From: Eubacteriales bacterium
Lineage (GTDB): Bacteria > Bacillota > Clostridia > Oscillospirales > QAMX01
Assembly (NCBI GenBank): GCA_045639125.1
Contig: JAZUCL010000018.1
Coordinates: forward strand, 1-59,896
Direction of reading: 5' to 3'
DNA length: 59,896 bases
Shown here: positions 20,092 through 30,154 of the stretch, one piece after another
Layout of the letters: each line of letters starts with the position of its first letter
Numbering within the stretch: the first letter of the stretch is position 1
Notes under the pieces: generated by a model
What the model was told of the DNA's origin: nothing
Seen by the model: the letters and a program-made list of their open reading frames with translations, nothing else
The model's database searches: none
Made by a program: the position numbers and the translations under genes

Positions 20092-21267
20092 ATGAATAAT
20101 TTTGAATTTTATACACCGACAAAAGTGTATTTTGGCCGTGGAGAAGAAAAAAAGGTCGGTAAAATAATTAAAGACTATGGTTTTAGAAAAGTGCTTCTCC
20201 ACTATGGTAAAGGAAGTGTCAAAGCATCAGGTCTTTATGACACCGTAATCAATGCACTTCGTGCTGAAAATATTGAATTTTGTGAACTTGGAGGTGTCGA
20301 GCCTAACCCAAAACTTAGTATGGTAAGAAAGGGTTGTGAGGTTGTTCGTTCACAGCAAGTTGACTTCATTCTCTCGATCGGTGGCGGTAGTGCTCTTGAC
20401 TCTGCTAAGGCAATCGCCGCTGCTTCACAGCATGACTGCGACCCTTGGCAAATCTGTTCCAAGCAGGTAGTTGCTGAAAAAGCACTTCCTGTCGGTTGTA
20501 TTCTTACTTTGGCGGCTACAGGTAGTGAGATGTCCTCATCTTCTGTAATTACGAATGATGAAACTCTTACAAAACGTGGATTTAGTTCACCTTTTAATCG
20601 TCCACTGTTTTCTATTATGAATCCGGAACTTACATTTACACTTCCACCATATCAAACAGCCTGCGGTATCGTTGATATTATGATGCATACTCTCGAAAGA
20701 TATTTGACTAAGAAAGCAGAAGTTCCGTTGACTGACCGTATCGCTGAAAGTGTTCTTAAATCTGTCGTTGAGGCGGGCAAAGTGGCAATAGATAACCCTA
20801 CCGATTACGATGCTCGTGCTACGCTTATGTGGGGAGGAAGTCTTTCCCACAACGATTTGACAGGTGTTGGCAGACCGTATTTAATGGTATGTCACCAGTT
20901 AGAACATGAGATGAGTGGTCTTTATGACCATATTGCCCATGGTGCAGGTCTTGCCTGCTTATTCCCTGCTTGGGCAAAGTATACGTATCGTGAAAATCTT
21001 CCTCGTTTCTGTCAGTATGCTGTGCGTGTATGGAACTGTGAGATGGATTATGCCTGCCCTGAAAAAACTGCCCTTGCAGGTATTGAAGCAACTGAGAATT
21101 TCTTTAGATATATTGGTATGCCTGTACGCATGAGTGAACTTGGCGTTAAGGCTGAGGATATTCCTGTTATGAGCAGAAAATGTACAAACTTTGGCACACG
21201 TGTATTGTCAACTTATACCGATTACACGGAAAAAGAAATTTCTGAAGTATTCAACCTTGCACTGTAA
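20092..21267 (+). CDS. Iron-containing alcohol dehydrogenase (butanol dehydrogenase-like)
   Basis: Fe-ADH family features (GGGSALD, His-rich metal site HTLERY..., HxxxH). Confidence 0.8.
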   Translation: MNNFEFYTPTKVYFGRGEEKKVGKIIKDYGFRKVLLHYGKGSVKASGLYDTVINALRAENIEFCELGGVEPNPKLSMVRKGCEVVRSQQVDFILSIGGGSALDSAKAIAAASQHDCDPWQICSKQVVAEKALPVGCILTLAATGSEMSSSSVITNDETLTKRGFSSPFNRPLFSIMNPELTFTLPPYQTACGIVDIMMHTLERYLTKKAEVPLTDRIAESVLKSVVEAGKVAIDNPTDYDARATLMWGGSLSHNDLTGVGRPYLMVCHQLEHEMSGLYDHIAHGAGLACLFPAWAKYTYRENLPRFCQYAVRVWNCEMDYACPEKTALAGIEATENFFRYIGMPVRMSELGVKAEDIPVMSRKCTNFGTRVLSTYTDYTEKEISEVFNLAL

Positions 21268-21306
21268 AACACAAAAACCGTCAGTCCTTTGACTGACGGT
21301 TCTAAT
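21265..21306. terminator. Bidirectional terminator between the Fe-ADH and the YmdB-like gene
   Basis: Hairpin aaccgtcagtc-cttt-gactgacggtt with a T-run on the minus strand. Confidence 0.6.
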
Positions 21307-22088
21307 TATTTTATACGAAGTCTTTCAACATTAACGCACATTCCTGTATTGGCATCAAGTTCAAACAGGCAACCGCACAACATAGGATTTTCACGACACG
21401 GTTCAAATCTTACAAACTGTTCGCCCTTAAAAAATGCGATACTTTTTTCGGGGATTGTGCCAATAACGGAGGTCGCCGAGCCAGTCATACCTAAATCCGT
21501 AATATAGCCTGTCCCCTTTGGTAATATCTGTTCATCGGCGGTCTGTACGTGGGTATGTGTTCCCCACACAGCACCTACTCTGCCGTCAAGATAATATCCA
21601 AATGCTATCTTTTCACTTGTTGCCTCTGCGTGAAAGTCACAGACAATATATTTAGTTCTCTTTGACGCTTCCGTCAAAAGTTTGTCTACACAGAAAAATG
21701 GGTTGTCTGCCCCAAATGTCATATCACATCTGCCACCGAGATTTAACACGCACACTTCACCAAACGGTGTTTCAATGTATGTTATTCCTCTGCCCGGTGC
21801 AAGAGGTGAATCGTTTGCCGGACGAATTAGAAAATCCGTTTCTTCAAGACAATCTCCAATCTCTTTTTTCTTATACGCATGATTTCCAAGTGTTACAACG
21901 TCAGCACCTGCATCATGTAATGACCATGCCTGTTCCGGAGTAATACCTACAAGTGCCGTATTTTCGCCATTGACAACACACAAATCCACATTATATTCAT
22001 CTCTTATACGCCATAGACAGCGTTTTATAAAATCCAAACCGGTTGAGCCGTATACATCGCCTACTGCAAGAATACGAATTGTTGCCAT
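21306..22088 (-). CDS. TIGR00282/YmdB-like metallophosphoesterase
   Basis: N-terminal IRILAVGDVYG and GENTALVGIT segments typical of YmdB-family 2',3'-cyclic-nucleotide phosphodiesterases. Confidence 0.8.
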   Translation of the reverse strand: MATIRILAVGDVYGSTGLDFIKRCLWRIRDEYNVDLCVVNGENTALVGITPEQAWSLHDAGADVVTLGNHAYKKKEIGDCLEETDFLIRPANDSPLAPGRGITYIETPFGEVCVLNLGGRCDMTFGADNPFFCVDKLLTEASKRTKYIVCDFHAEATSEKIAFGYYLDGRVGAVWGTHTHVQTADEQILPKGTGYITDLGMTGSATSVIGTIPEKSIAFFKGEQFVRFEPCRENPMLCGCLFELDANTGMCVNVERLRIK

Positions 22089-22157
22089 ATTGCAAATCTC
22101 ACCTCAATTCTTACGTCAGTATATCATAATTTCTTTAATTTGTCTATATTTTCGTTC

Positions 22158-22187
22158 TTGACAAAGGCATTTCATTCGGTGTATACT
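22158..22187 (+). promoter_or_regulatory. SigA-type promoter for the thrS leader (TTGACA-18-TATACT)
   Basis: Consensus -35 and -10 hexamers seen directly. Confidence 0.6.
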
Positions 22188-22194
22188 GTAATAA

Positions 22195-22452
22195 AGCATT
22201 GACGGGAAGAAGTAGCGTATCACGTCTTTTCAGAGAGATTGCCCATTTGCTGCAAGGGCAGTTAAAGAAACTATACGTGAATACCCTCCCTGAGTGCCTT
22301 GCCCAACGGCATTTGCCAAGTAAGCGAGGACGTTTCCTGCGTTAAAGGACCTAAAGTGGCGACTATTGTCGCAATCAGAGTGGAACCGCGATGTTATTCA
22401 CCGCCTCTGACAAATGGGGATACCCTCATGTCGGAGGTGTATTTTTTTACTC
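22195..22452 (+). ncRNA. T-box riboswitch leader upstream of thrS
   Basis: AGAGA motif at the stem I base (cagagagatt). T-box sequence aatcagagtggaaccgcg at 22373-22390 matches AANNNGGGUGGNACCGCG. A terminator hairpin (cctctgaca...tgtcggagg) plus a T7 run lies just before the thrS RBS. Confidence 0.8.
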
Positions 22453-22484
22453 CGACAAACGAATTTGAAAGGAGCATATACACT

Positions 22485-24422
22485 ATGGAAATTAAACTTA
22501 AAGACGGAAGTATTTTGCAAGTAGAAGATGGTGCTACGTGTATGGACGCTGCGTTCACCTTGTCAGGTGGTCTTGCAAGAGCATCTTTACTTGCTGAAGT
22601 AGACGGTACTGTCTGCGAAATGAGCACTGTACTTAAATCCGGTCAATCCCTTAATATTTTGACAGGTGATAGTGAGGAAGGTCTTCGTGCATTACGTCAT
22701 ACTGCCTCCCACGTACTTGCAGAGGCTGTAAAGCGTCTGTACCCCAGTGCTAAACTTGCTATTGGCCCTGCTATTGATTCAGGTTTCTACTATGATTTTG
22801 ACTATGATGAGGGCTTCGACAACGATAAACTTGCGGCAATCGAAAGTGAAATGAAGAAAATCATCAAGGAAAATTCAAAACTTGAGCGTTTTACTTTACC
22901 TCGTGATGAGGCTATCAAGTTTATGGCTGAGAAAGGTGAGGACTACAAAGTAGAACTTATCTCCGATTTGCCCGAAGATGAAATAATTAGTTTCTACCGT
23001 CAAGGTGACTTTGTAGACTTGTGTGCAGGTCCTCATATCCCTGACACAGGCAGAATTAAGGCATTTAAGTTGCTGTCCTCAACAGGTGCATACTGGAGAG
23101 GTGACTCCTCTAAGAAAATGCTTCGCCGTATCTACGGTACAGCATATACTAAGAAAGACGAACTGCAAGCACATCTTGAGCGTTTGGAAGAGGCTAAAAA
23201 GAGAGATCATAACAAACTCGGTCGTGACCTTGAACTCTTTAACACCGTTGATATTATCGGACAAGGTCTGCCTATTCTTCTTCCCAAGGGTGCTCGTATC
23301 ATTCAGACGTTACAGCGTTGGATTGAGGACGAGGAGCAAAAGCGTGGCTATCTTTTGACAAAGACTCCCCTCATGGCAAAGCGTGACTTATATCGTGTAT
23401 CAGGTCACTGGGATCACTATCGTGACGGTATGTTTATCTTAGGCGACCCCGATGACGAAACGAAGGAGTGCTTCGCACTTCGTCCCATGACTTGCCCATT
23501 CCAGTATCAAGTATTCTTAAACAGAATGCGTTCATATCGTGATTTGCCAATGCGTCTTGGTGAAACATCCACACTCTTTAGAAATGAGGACTCAGGCGAA
23601 ATGCACGGTCTTATCCGTGTACGTCAGTTCACCATCTCTGAGGGGCATTTAATTCTCTGCCCTGAACAGTTAGAAAATGAGTTCCGTGAGTGTTTTGACC
23701 TTGCAAACTACTGTATGGAAACTCTTGGTCTTAAAGAAGACTGTACGTTCCGATTCTCCCAGTGGGATCCCAACAATACTGCAAAGTACGAGGGTACACC
23801 TGAGCAGTGGGAACACGCACAAGGCGTAATGAAGAAGATTTTGGACGACTTGAATATCGACTATAAGGTTGGTATTGACGAGGCGGCATTCTACGGCCCG
23901 AAACTTGACATTCAAATTAAGAATGTACATGGCAAGGAAGATACCCTCATCACTATCCAGATAGATATGCTTCTTGCAGAGAAGTTTGGCATGGAATATG
24001 TTGACCGTGACGGACAGAAAAAACGTCCCTACATCATTCACAGAACTTCCATGGGTTGCTATGAGCGTACTTTGGCTCTCCTTATTGAGAAATACGCAGG
24101 AGCATTCCCCACATGGCTTGCACCTGTACAGGCAAAAATTCTTCCCCTTACTGAGCGTCAGCATGGTGCGGCTTGGGAACTTGAGAAGAAACTGCGTCTT
24201 ATGGGTATGCGTATTGAAGTTGACGACAGAAACGAAAAAATCGGCTACAAAATCCGTGAAGCACAACTTGAAAAAGTTCCGTATATGCTCGTGCTTGGTG
24301 ACAAGGAAGTTGAGGAAGGCACAATTGCTGTCAGAAGCCGTAAGGACGGTTCAAACGTCACAATGCCCGAGGCTGAGTTCATTGCAAAACTTAAAGAAGA
24401 AATCGAAACAAAAGCAAGATAA
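22485..24422 (+). CDS. thrS: Threonine--tRNA ligase
   Basis: TGS, editing and class II aaRS regions are recognisable (HRDLELF..., class II motifs). Start at MEIKLKDG with a GGAGC RBS. The ORF-track start at 22299 lies inside the T-box leader and is rejected. Confidence 0.9.
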   Translation: MEIKLKDGSILQVEDGATCMDAAFTLSGGLARASLLAEVDGTVCEMSTVLKSGQSLNILTGDSEEGLRALRHTASHVLAEAVKRLYPSAKLAIGPAIDSGFYYDFDYDEGFDNDKLAAIESEMKKIIKENSKLERFTLPRDEAIKFMAEKGEDYKVELISDLPEDEIISFYRQGDFVDLCAGPHIPDTGRIKAFKLLSSTGAYWRGDSSKKMLRRIYGTAYTKKDELQAHLERLEEAKKRDHNKLGRDLELFNTVDIIGQGLPILLPKGARIIQTLQRWIEDEEQKRGYLLTKTPLMAKRDLYRVSGHWDHYRDGMFILGDPDDETKECFALRPMTCPFQYQVFLNRMRSYRDLPMRLGETSTLFRNEDSGEMHGLIRVRQFTISEGHLILCPEQLENEFRECFDLANYCMETLGLKEDCTFRFSQWDPNNTAKYEGTPEQWEHAQGVMKKILDDLNIDYKVGIDEAAFYGPKLDIQIKNVHGKEDTLITIQIDMLLAEKFGMEYVDRDGQKKRPYIIHRTSMGCYERTLALLIEKYAGAFPTWLAPVQAKILPLTERQHGAAWELEKKLRLMGMRIEVDDRNEKIGYKIREAQLEKVPYMLVLGDKEVEEGTIAVRSRKDGSNVTMPEAEFIAKLKEEIETKAR

Positions 24423-24428
24423 CAACCA

Positions 24429-24492
24429 ATACCCCTCGAAAATGAACTGCACCAGTTTGTGCAGTTCAAAAATCGAGGGGTATTTAACTTTT
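24429..24492 (+). terminator. Intrinsic terminator after thrS (long interrupted hairpin followed by a T-run)
   Basis: atacccctcga...gaactgcac-cagtt-gtgcagttc...tcgaggggtat followed by TTAACTTTTATT. Confidence 0.7.
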
Positions 24493-24592
24493 ATTAAATA
24501 CTTTTTCCCTATAAAAGTATTGTAACCAAAATAAATCCGTGATACAATGAAAGAATAGACAAAAACGGCTGTTTTGTAAAAGAGGTGAGAAA

Positions 24593-26698
24593 ATGGAGTG
24601 GGAATACGTTGATATGCCGATACAAAGGATAGAAACCTTGAATCAAATATCAGTACCCGACAACGTTTCAATTGATTTTTCCTATGATACGACACGTTGC
24701 ATTCTTTTGATGTCAATATCCGTATTAGATACTACCTGTAATTATCTTGGCAGAGGGCGTATTCGCATGGATAATTCCTGCTTTCAAATTTCTCAGTTAT
24801 CAGTTGTAGACCCGTTTCTTGTAACCAAAAGTCATATTCTTCCAAAAAACTTCAAAATATTCTTCAAGGCAATATATCCAAAACTTCTGCGTGATAAATT
24901 GCCTGTCACTTGTTTCGTTTCAATGCGTGAATTACCTGTCGTTACTATTTCCGTTTCAAGCGTTACAAATGAAGAAGTACGCTACCATATCCATTGGGTA
25001 GAACACGGACAAGATGCGAAAGATGTGGCAGGGCTTGACGGCTACGTATTTGTAGACAACATTATATTAAAAGGCAGCAGAAAGTTAATTGATTTAATGC
25101 CTCACCATACTGACGGAGAATATATATCACATGGTAACGAGGCAAAACGGCTTGGAATGTTGTGTGACGTGGCAGGCTTTATGTTCTGCGGAAAACAACT
25201 AAATGACTTACGAATACTTGGCAGAGGTCTGACACTTCAAAAAGAAAATACAATTTCGTCTTTCTCTCTTGATTTCGATAAATCTCCCATAACTGAAAAT
25301 ATAAATCAACCGACTACACCACCTGCCGAGCCTATTATTATCCACTATGACGGCCCCGCCCTTTTGTCAGTACAACTTTTGGAATCTGCCCGTGAAGCAA
25401 ACTCCATGTCTGTCCGCTTTGCTACTGAGGCAAAAAAGTATGCATCTAAAAAAGGAAGTCCCTGTGAATATATCCAACTTAAATGCTACTGGCCCACCTA
25501 TGCAGGTATGGATGAAATGCAAAAGAAGTATTTCTTCTACTTTCGCACGGCATTTATGTCGGGGCAAACTCCAAAAGCCGACTTGTCATATATTTTTATT
25601 GCGGTATATGAACTTATCAATCGTGGTTTCTCACCGTCTGAGGACAACTTTCGCATACTGCTTCGCTACTGGAGTGCATATCGTGACAAGTACCCAAAAC
25701 TTGACCTATATATGTCTAAGTGGTGCATTGACTATATTCTGACAAATGAGTTGCCTATATCACTAAGCGAAGTGGCTCTTGCTGTACCACAGGCAATATC
25801 TTACTATGCCGATTATGCCGATGCAGTTTTATCTGACTTGCTAAAAGACGGACTTCATTCACTACCCTGTGAGGCGTGGCGACTGTATTGCCGATATGAC
25901 GTTACTCAAAGCAGGCTATGGGATAGTCAGTACCGAACAGAGTACGAAATGACACTTCGACGTGTATTTACTGCACTCCAAGAATATGTAGAGGAAGTTA
26001 AAGGCGTATCACTTCTAAAACTATATAAACCAAACGTGCAAATTAAAGACTACCCTGCCTTTTGCGGTGCGGTGTGTGCAAGAGTATACAGGAAAAATAT
26101 CCGTTTGGAATACGTCCCCTATTCAAAGAGTGTTCGTCTTAATAATCTACTTGAATCTGTCGTTAAGTATACGGAGAATGCTCTTCGTATACGTCATAAA
26201 ATCATGGGTAGACTCCGTGTAGGGAATTTACCTGACAGTCTTTTGAAAGTTCTCGACCAAGCAATTATGCCCTTGCAACAAAAAGTTGAGGTGCGTGTCC
26301 CTCCGATACAAATTGACCTTTCCAAAGCACTTACACTTGAAAAAAGTTCTTGGGACAATACACGAGCAATGCTTGACGCAGTTGACAATGCCGATGAGGT
26401 AATATTTGAAATTACCACAACAGATTCACCGTCTGTAACACAAAATACCGCCACGGATAATTCCTTCTTTTCCCAACTGTCCGACACGGCAAGACTCGTT
26501 TTATGTGCAATGTTAGACGGTGCTGACAGAGTAGAAATTGACAACTTATGCTTAGCACAGTTTTCATTTTTTGACGCAGTTTGTGAGGAAATAAACGAAA
26601 AGGCAGTCGACTTATTAGGTGACATTATTTTAGATGGCGATACCCTTATTGAAGATTATATTGAACTTATAAACGTACAGAGAAAGGAGTTACCATGA
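24593..26698 (+). CDS. Large hypothetical protein (701 aa), candidate TerB-N/TerB-C-like partner of the downstream DUF2791-type ATPase
   Basis: Strong RBS (AGAGGTGAG). Its stop overlaps the next start as ATGA. No catalytic motif is recognisable. The TerB-like call comes from the conserved partnership with DUF2791 ATPases and is inference, not a motif-level match. Confidence 0.45.
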   Translation: MEWEYVDMPIQRIETLNQISVPDNVSIDFSYDTTRCILLMSISVLDTTCNYLGRGRIRMDNSCFQISQLSVVDPFLVTKSHILPKNFKIFFKAIYPKLLRDKLPVTCFVSMRELPVVTISVSSVTNEEVRYHIHWVEHGQDAKDVAGLDGYVFVDNIILKGSRKLIDLMPHHTDGEYISHGNEAKRLGMLCDVAGFMFCGKQLNDLRILGRGLTLQKENTISSFSLDFDKSPITENINQPTTPPAEPIIIHYDGPALLSVQLLESAREANSMSVRFATEAKKYASKKGSPCEYIQLKCYWPTYAGMDEMQKKYFFYFRTAFMSGQTPKADLSYIFIAVYELINRGFSPSEDNFRILLRYWSAYRDKYPKLDLYMSKWCIDYILTNELPISLSEVALAVPQAISYYADYADAVLSDLLKDGLHSLPCEAWRLYCRYDVTQSRLWDSQYRTEYEMTLRRVFTALQEYVEEVKGVSLLKLYKPNVQIKDYPAFCGAVCARVYRKNIRLEYVPYSKSVRLNNLLESVVKYTENALRIRHKIMGRLRVGNLPDSLLKVLDQAIMPLQQKVEVRVPPIQIDLSKALTLEKSSWDNTRAMLDAVDNADEVIFEITTTDSPSVTQNTATDNSFFSQLSDTARLVLCAMLDGADRVEIDNLCLAQFSFFDAVCEEINEKAVDLLGDIILDGDTLIEDYIELINVQRKELP

Positions 26699-28029
26699 GC
26701 AATTTACCACAAATTCCAAAACGCATATCCTCTGCCCTCATAAATTCCATGTCGGCAGGTGTTGTGGCTCGAACAGGTCTTGAATATATCGCAATAGGAC
26801 GGTCTGAGGAAATACGTGCTATGCTTGAAGACTATGAAACTATTTCTTCCGGCGGCTCTGCTTTTCGACTTATCTGTGGACGATACGGAAGCGGTAAAAG
26901 TTTTCTATTATCCTTAATGAGAAGTCACGCCCTTGACCGTGGTTTTGTAACTGCCGATGCAGATTTATCTCCTGAACGCCGTTTGGCAGGCTCAAAAGGT
27001 CAAGGACTTGCTACGTATCGTGAACTGATAAAAAATCTATCTACAAAAGCATCTCCCGACGGCGGTGCTTTGCCAAATATTCTCAGTAAGTGGATTTCTT
27101 CAGTCCAACTTAAAAAAGCAAAGGAACTCGGTCTTTTGCCAAACACTCCTGAACTTATAGCCGCCTCTGAAGTGGAAATTTTAGAGTCTATAACATCTCT
27201 TGAAAGCATGGTGCACGGCTTTGACTTTGCCGCCGCTGTTGTTTCATTCTATCAAGGTACTGTCAGCGGTGACGACAATCAAAAGCAAGCGGCACTTCGT
27301 TGGCTTCGTGGCGAATACACTACGAAAACTGAGGCAAAGCACGAACTGAAAGTTTCGTCAATCATTGATGACGAAAGTTGGTATGACTATCTGAAACTTA
27401 TGAGTGCTTTGATGGTGTTGGCAGGATATCAGGGGCTTATCATCTATATTGATGAGGCTGTCAACCTATACAAAATCGTGCAGAGTGTTTCCCGTGAGGC
27501 AAACTACGAGAAAATATTGACGATTTTTAATGACTGTATGCAAGGCAGGCTGTCACATCTCGGATTTATCTTTGGTGGTACACCTCAATTTGTCGAGGAT
27601 ACCCGCCGTGGACTGTTTAGTTATGAGGCACTTCGTTCTCGTTTAAGCGGCAATCGTTTTGCCGATGATAATGCGGAAAATCGCTATGGTGTAAAAGATT
27701 TTCGCACTCCTGTACTAAAACTCGCCCCTCTATCTCCAGAGGAATTACTGGCACTTCTAAAACGTGTTTCGTATATCCACTCTGTCCACTACAACTGGGA
27801 GGTTCCTGTCAGCGATGAGCAACTTGCCCTGTTTGTCTCCGACGCAGTTGGACGTATGGGTGCCGATGTTCTGTTGACTCCACGTGAAGTAGTTCGTGAC
27901 TTTATGGGACTTCTCAACATTCTCCACCAAAATCCAAATACAAGTTTTGATGCTGTGGTATCTAAACTCGTTCCAACTGACTCATCTAATTCCTCTGAAG
28001 ATGATTTATTTACAGAATTTACGTTATAA
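26695..28029 (+). CDS. P-loop ATPase, DUF2791/BrxD-like (BREX-type ATP-binding domain)
   Basis: Walker A GRYGSGKSF and Walker B LIIYIDEA. The N-terminal region resembles BrxD-family proteins. Translationally coupled to the upstream gene. Confidence 0.65.
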   Translation: MSNLPQIPKRISSALINSMSAGVVARTGLEYIAIGRSEEIRAMLEDYETISSGGSAFRLICGRYGSGKSFLLSLMRSHALDRGFVTADADLSPERRLAGSKGQGLATYRELIKNLSTKASPDGGALPNILSKWISSVQLKKAKELGLLPNTPELIAASEVEILESITSLESMVHGFDFAAAVVSFYQGTVSGDDNQKQAALRWLRGEYTTKTEAKHELKVSSIIDDESWYDYLKLMSALMVLAGYQGLIIYIDEAVNLYKIVQSVSREANYEKILTIFNDCMQGRLSHLGFIFGGTPQFVEDTRRGLFSYEALRSRLSGNRFADDNAENRYGVKDFRTPVLKLAPLSPEELLALLKRVSYIHSVHYNWEVPVSDEQLALFVSDAVGRMGADVLLTPREVVRDFMGLLNILHQNPNTSFDAVVSKLVPTDSSNSSEDDLFTEFTL

Positions 28030-28080
28030 AAGCAAACGGAGTGGTATGATTAACACCACTCCGTATTTTACTTAAATTTC

Positions 28081-28926
28081 TTATTTCGCAATTGCTTTTG
28101 TAATTTCTGCAAATACGTCTTCCGCATTCTCGCACATTACAAGTACTACCTCGCCTGTGGGAAGCACTTCAACAATTGCCTGTTTTGCAATTTCAAACTG
28201 ATCCACAAGATATGTTTCAAATGATTGCTTTTGAAGTTCTACAAAATCAAGACACGCTGTTTTTACGGTTTCTGTCTTACCCTCAGCAGGCATAAAGATA
28301 CCAAGTGCGTACGCACGTGTCATCATCAAAGTAGTGCTGTATGCAAACTCACCCAAGTCAGCATCTGTAAGACCTGCAACTTCAAGTTCCATACGAAGTT
28401 GCTCTTTAAGACTTTCAACTATTGAAAGTTTTTCAGCCTCTACTGCTTTCTTACCAATTTCGTCAATTTCTTCTTGGCTAAGTGTTACGTTTGCAATTTT
28501 TGAGTAGTGCTCCAAAACAGCCTGATTGGAGATTGCGTCAAGTTCTTCCTGTGTTTTTCCTTCCATATCCTTTACGGCATTTTCTGCAATTTCAGCACGC
28601 TCCATAAAGTCAATTGTAAATGAACCTACATTTTCCAAGTGCTTGAGTACGCCCTCAAATGCGTAGTACGCCTCGTCTTCCGGAGTCATCTCATAATTGT
28701 TATCGTCATGGAGTCTTACAAGTTCGCCGTTTTCGTTTCTACCAGTAATAGGGTTAACGTCCTCAGCATCACGAACTGCAAGAAGAATTTCCATGTAGTC
28801 CTTACTTGTAAGAGTACCCGGTGCTGTCACATCAGGAGATGTTGACGGTGTAGTCTCGCCTGCAGAGCAAGCAACTGCGGAAATTAAAAGTGCGACAATG
28901 GTCAATAGTGCAATAATTCTTTTCAT
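28081..28926 (-). CDS. Lipoprotein of unknown function
   Basis: Signal peptide with a lipobox (LLISAVACSAG). Acidic and helical body. Confidence 0.6.
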   Translation of the reverse strand: MKRIIALLTIVALLISAVACSAGETTPSTSPDVTAPGTLTSKDYMEILLAVRDAEDVNPITGRNENGELVRLHDDNNYEMTPEDEAYYAFEGVLKHLENVGSFTIDFMERAEIAENAVKDMEGKTQEELDAISNQAVLEHYSKIANVTLSQEEIDEIGKKAVEAEKLSIVESLKEQLRMELEVAGLTDADLGEFAYSTTLMMTRAYALGIFMPAEGKTETVKTACLDFVELQKQSFETYLVDQFEIAKQAIVEVLPTGEVVLVMCENAEDVFAEITKAIAK

Positions 28927-29110
28927 ATTTTTTATCCTTTCAAAATTATTTTTTTGTTTTCCAACAATTAGACGTTTGAATTTTCAATAAGTTCCATATA
29001 AATTGTAACAATGTTGTAAATATGATGTGTTATTTTGAATTGAATTATCAGTTGAATTGTGATATACTGTTGTATATAACAATTTTAAGTTACTAATTTT
29101 CATAGAGGTT

Positions 29111-30106
29111 TTGACATTGAAGACGTTTACAATTCATTTGAATATTACTAAACTCTCCGCAATTCCAACCGATGCAGTAGATAAAATCTTATCATCACGC
29201 AATAGCGATGCATCAATGTTGTTTTTATATCTTATTCGCTCAGGCGGTAGTCTTGACGAAGAAACTGTATTAACACAACTTGGATTTACCCAAAATCGCA
29301 TGGAGAGTGCTTTGTCATGCCTTATTCGCTTAGGCTGTATAACCGAAACCGGTGTAACGACACAAGCAACTTCTCAACAGATAACAAAAACTGTACTTCC
29401 TGACGTATCTGAGGCAAGTTATACGCCACAGGAATTAAAACGTGGTCTTGAATGTGACGAGCATTTTCGTTGGCTATGTAGTGAGGCTGAGTCTAAACTC
29501 GGTAGGGTTCTCAAACATCATGAGTTGGAAACTCTTTACTCTATATATGACTATCTTGGAATGTCGGCAGAGGTTGCAGTTCTTCTTATCGGTTGGCTTG
29601 CAGCACAACGTCAGTCTCGACTTGACCGTGGTTTGAACGCTCCATCGGTCAGTTTCAGGCAAATAAGCCGTGAGGCAAATGCATGGTGTGAGCAAGGTAT
29701 CGACACAACGGAAAAAGCAGATGCCCATATTCGTAACCTCACGTTACGTCAAAGTGCCGTGGGACAAGTTCTTCACGAACTCGGTATTCGTGACAGACTC
29801 CCAAGTCCCGGTGAACAGCGTATGATAAATGGTTGGCTTGACAACAACTTATCCCCTGCTCTTATTGGCAAGGCATACGATTTGACAGTACTTCAAAAAG
29901 GTACGCTTAACTGGCCGTATATGCGTTCAATTTTGAATCGTTGGCTTGAACGTGGCTATAAGACCGTTTCCGATATGGAGGCTGGCGAACATAAAAATAC
30001 AAAAGTTAAGCCATCAGAAACACATAATACAAACGTACTTGACAGCGACTACGCACAGCGGATTAAAGCCCACAAGGCACGAACAGTAAACGATAAATTT
30101 AATTAG
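29111..30106 (+). CDS. DnaD-domain replication initiation/helicase-loading protein (B. subtilis DnaB/DnaD-like)
   Basis: C-terminal DnaD-type motif (MRSILNRWLERGYKTVSDME). Paired with the downstream DnaI-like gene as in Firmicute dnaB-dnaI. The start is uncertain: TTG at 29111 or TTG at 29117, which has better RBS spacing. Confidence 0.65.
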   Translation: MTLKTFTIHLNITKLSAIPTDAVDKILSSRNSDASMLFLYLIRSGGSLDEETVLTQLGFTQNRMESALSCLIRLGCITETGVTTQATSQQITKTVLPDVSEASYTPQELKRGLECDEHFRWLCSEAESKLGRVLKHHELETLYSIYDYLGMSAEVAVLLIGWLAAQRQSRLDRGLNAPSVSFRQISREANAWCEQGIDTTEKADAHIRNLTLRQSAVGQVLHELGIRDRLPSPGEQRMINGWLDNNLSPALIGKAYDLTVLQKGTLNWPYMRSILNRWLERGYKTVSDMEAGEHKNTKVKPSETHNTNVLDSDYAQRIKAHKARTVNDKFN

Positions 30107-30154
30107 TTCCATATAGTTTCATTTTCTGCAGAGCGTTAGAAAGGGATCGATATA

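Noticed and set aside
22299-22484. The ORF-track extension of thrS back to 22299 (707 aa)
   Set aside because: That region holds the T-box motif, the antiterminator/terminator hairpin and a T7 run. The true start is the ATG at 22485, after a GGAGC RBS.
24351-24716. 121-aa minus-strand ORF spanning the thrS terminator and the start of the 701-aa gene
   Set aside because: It overlaps a terminator hairpin and a better-supported plus-strand gene start with a strong RBS. It has low-complexity hydrophobic composition.
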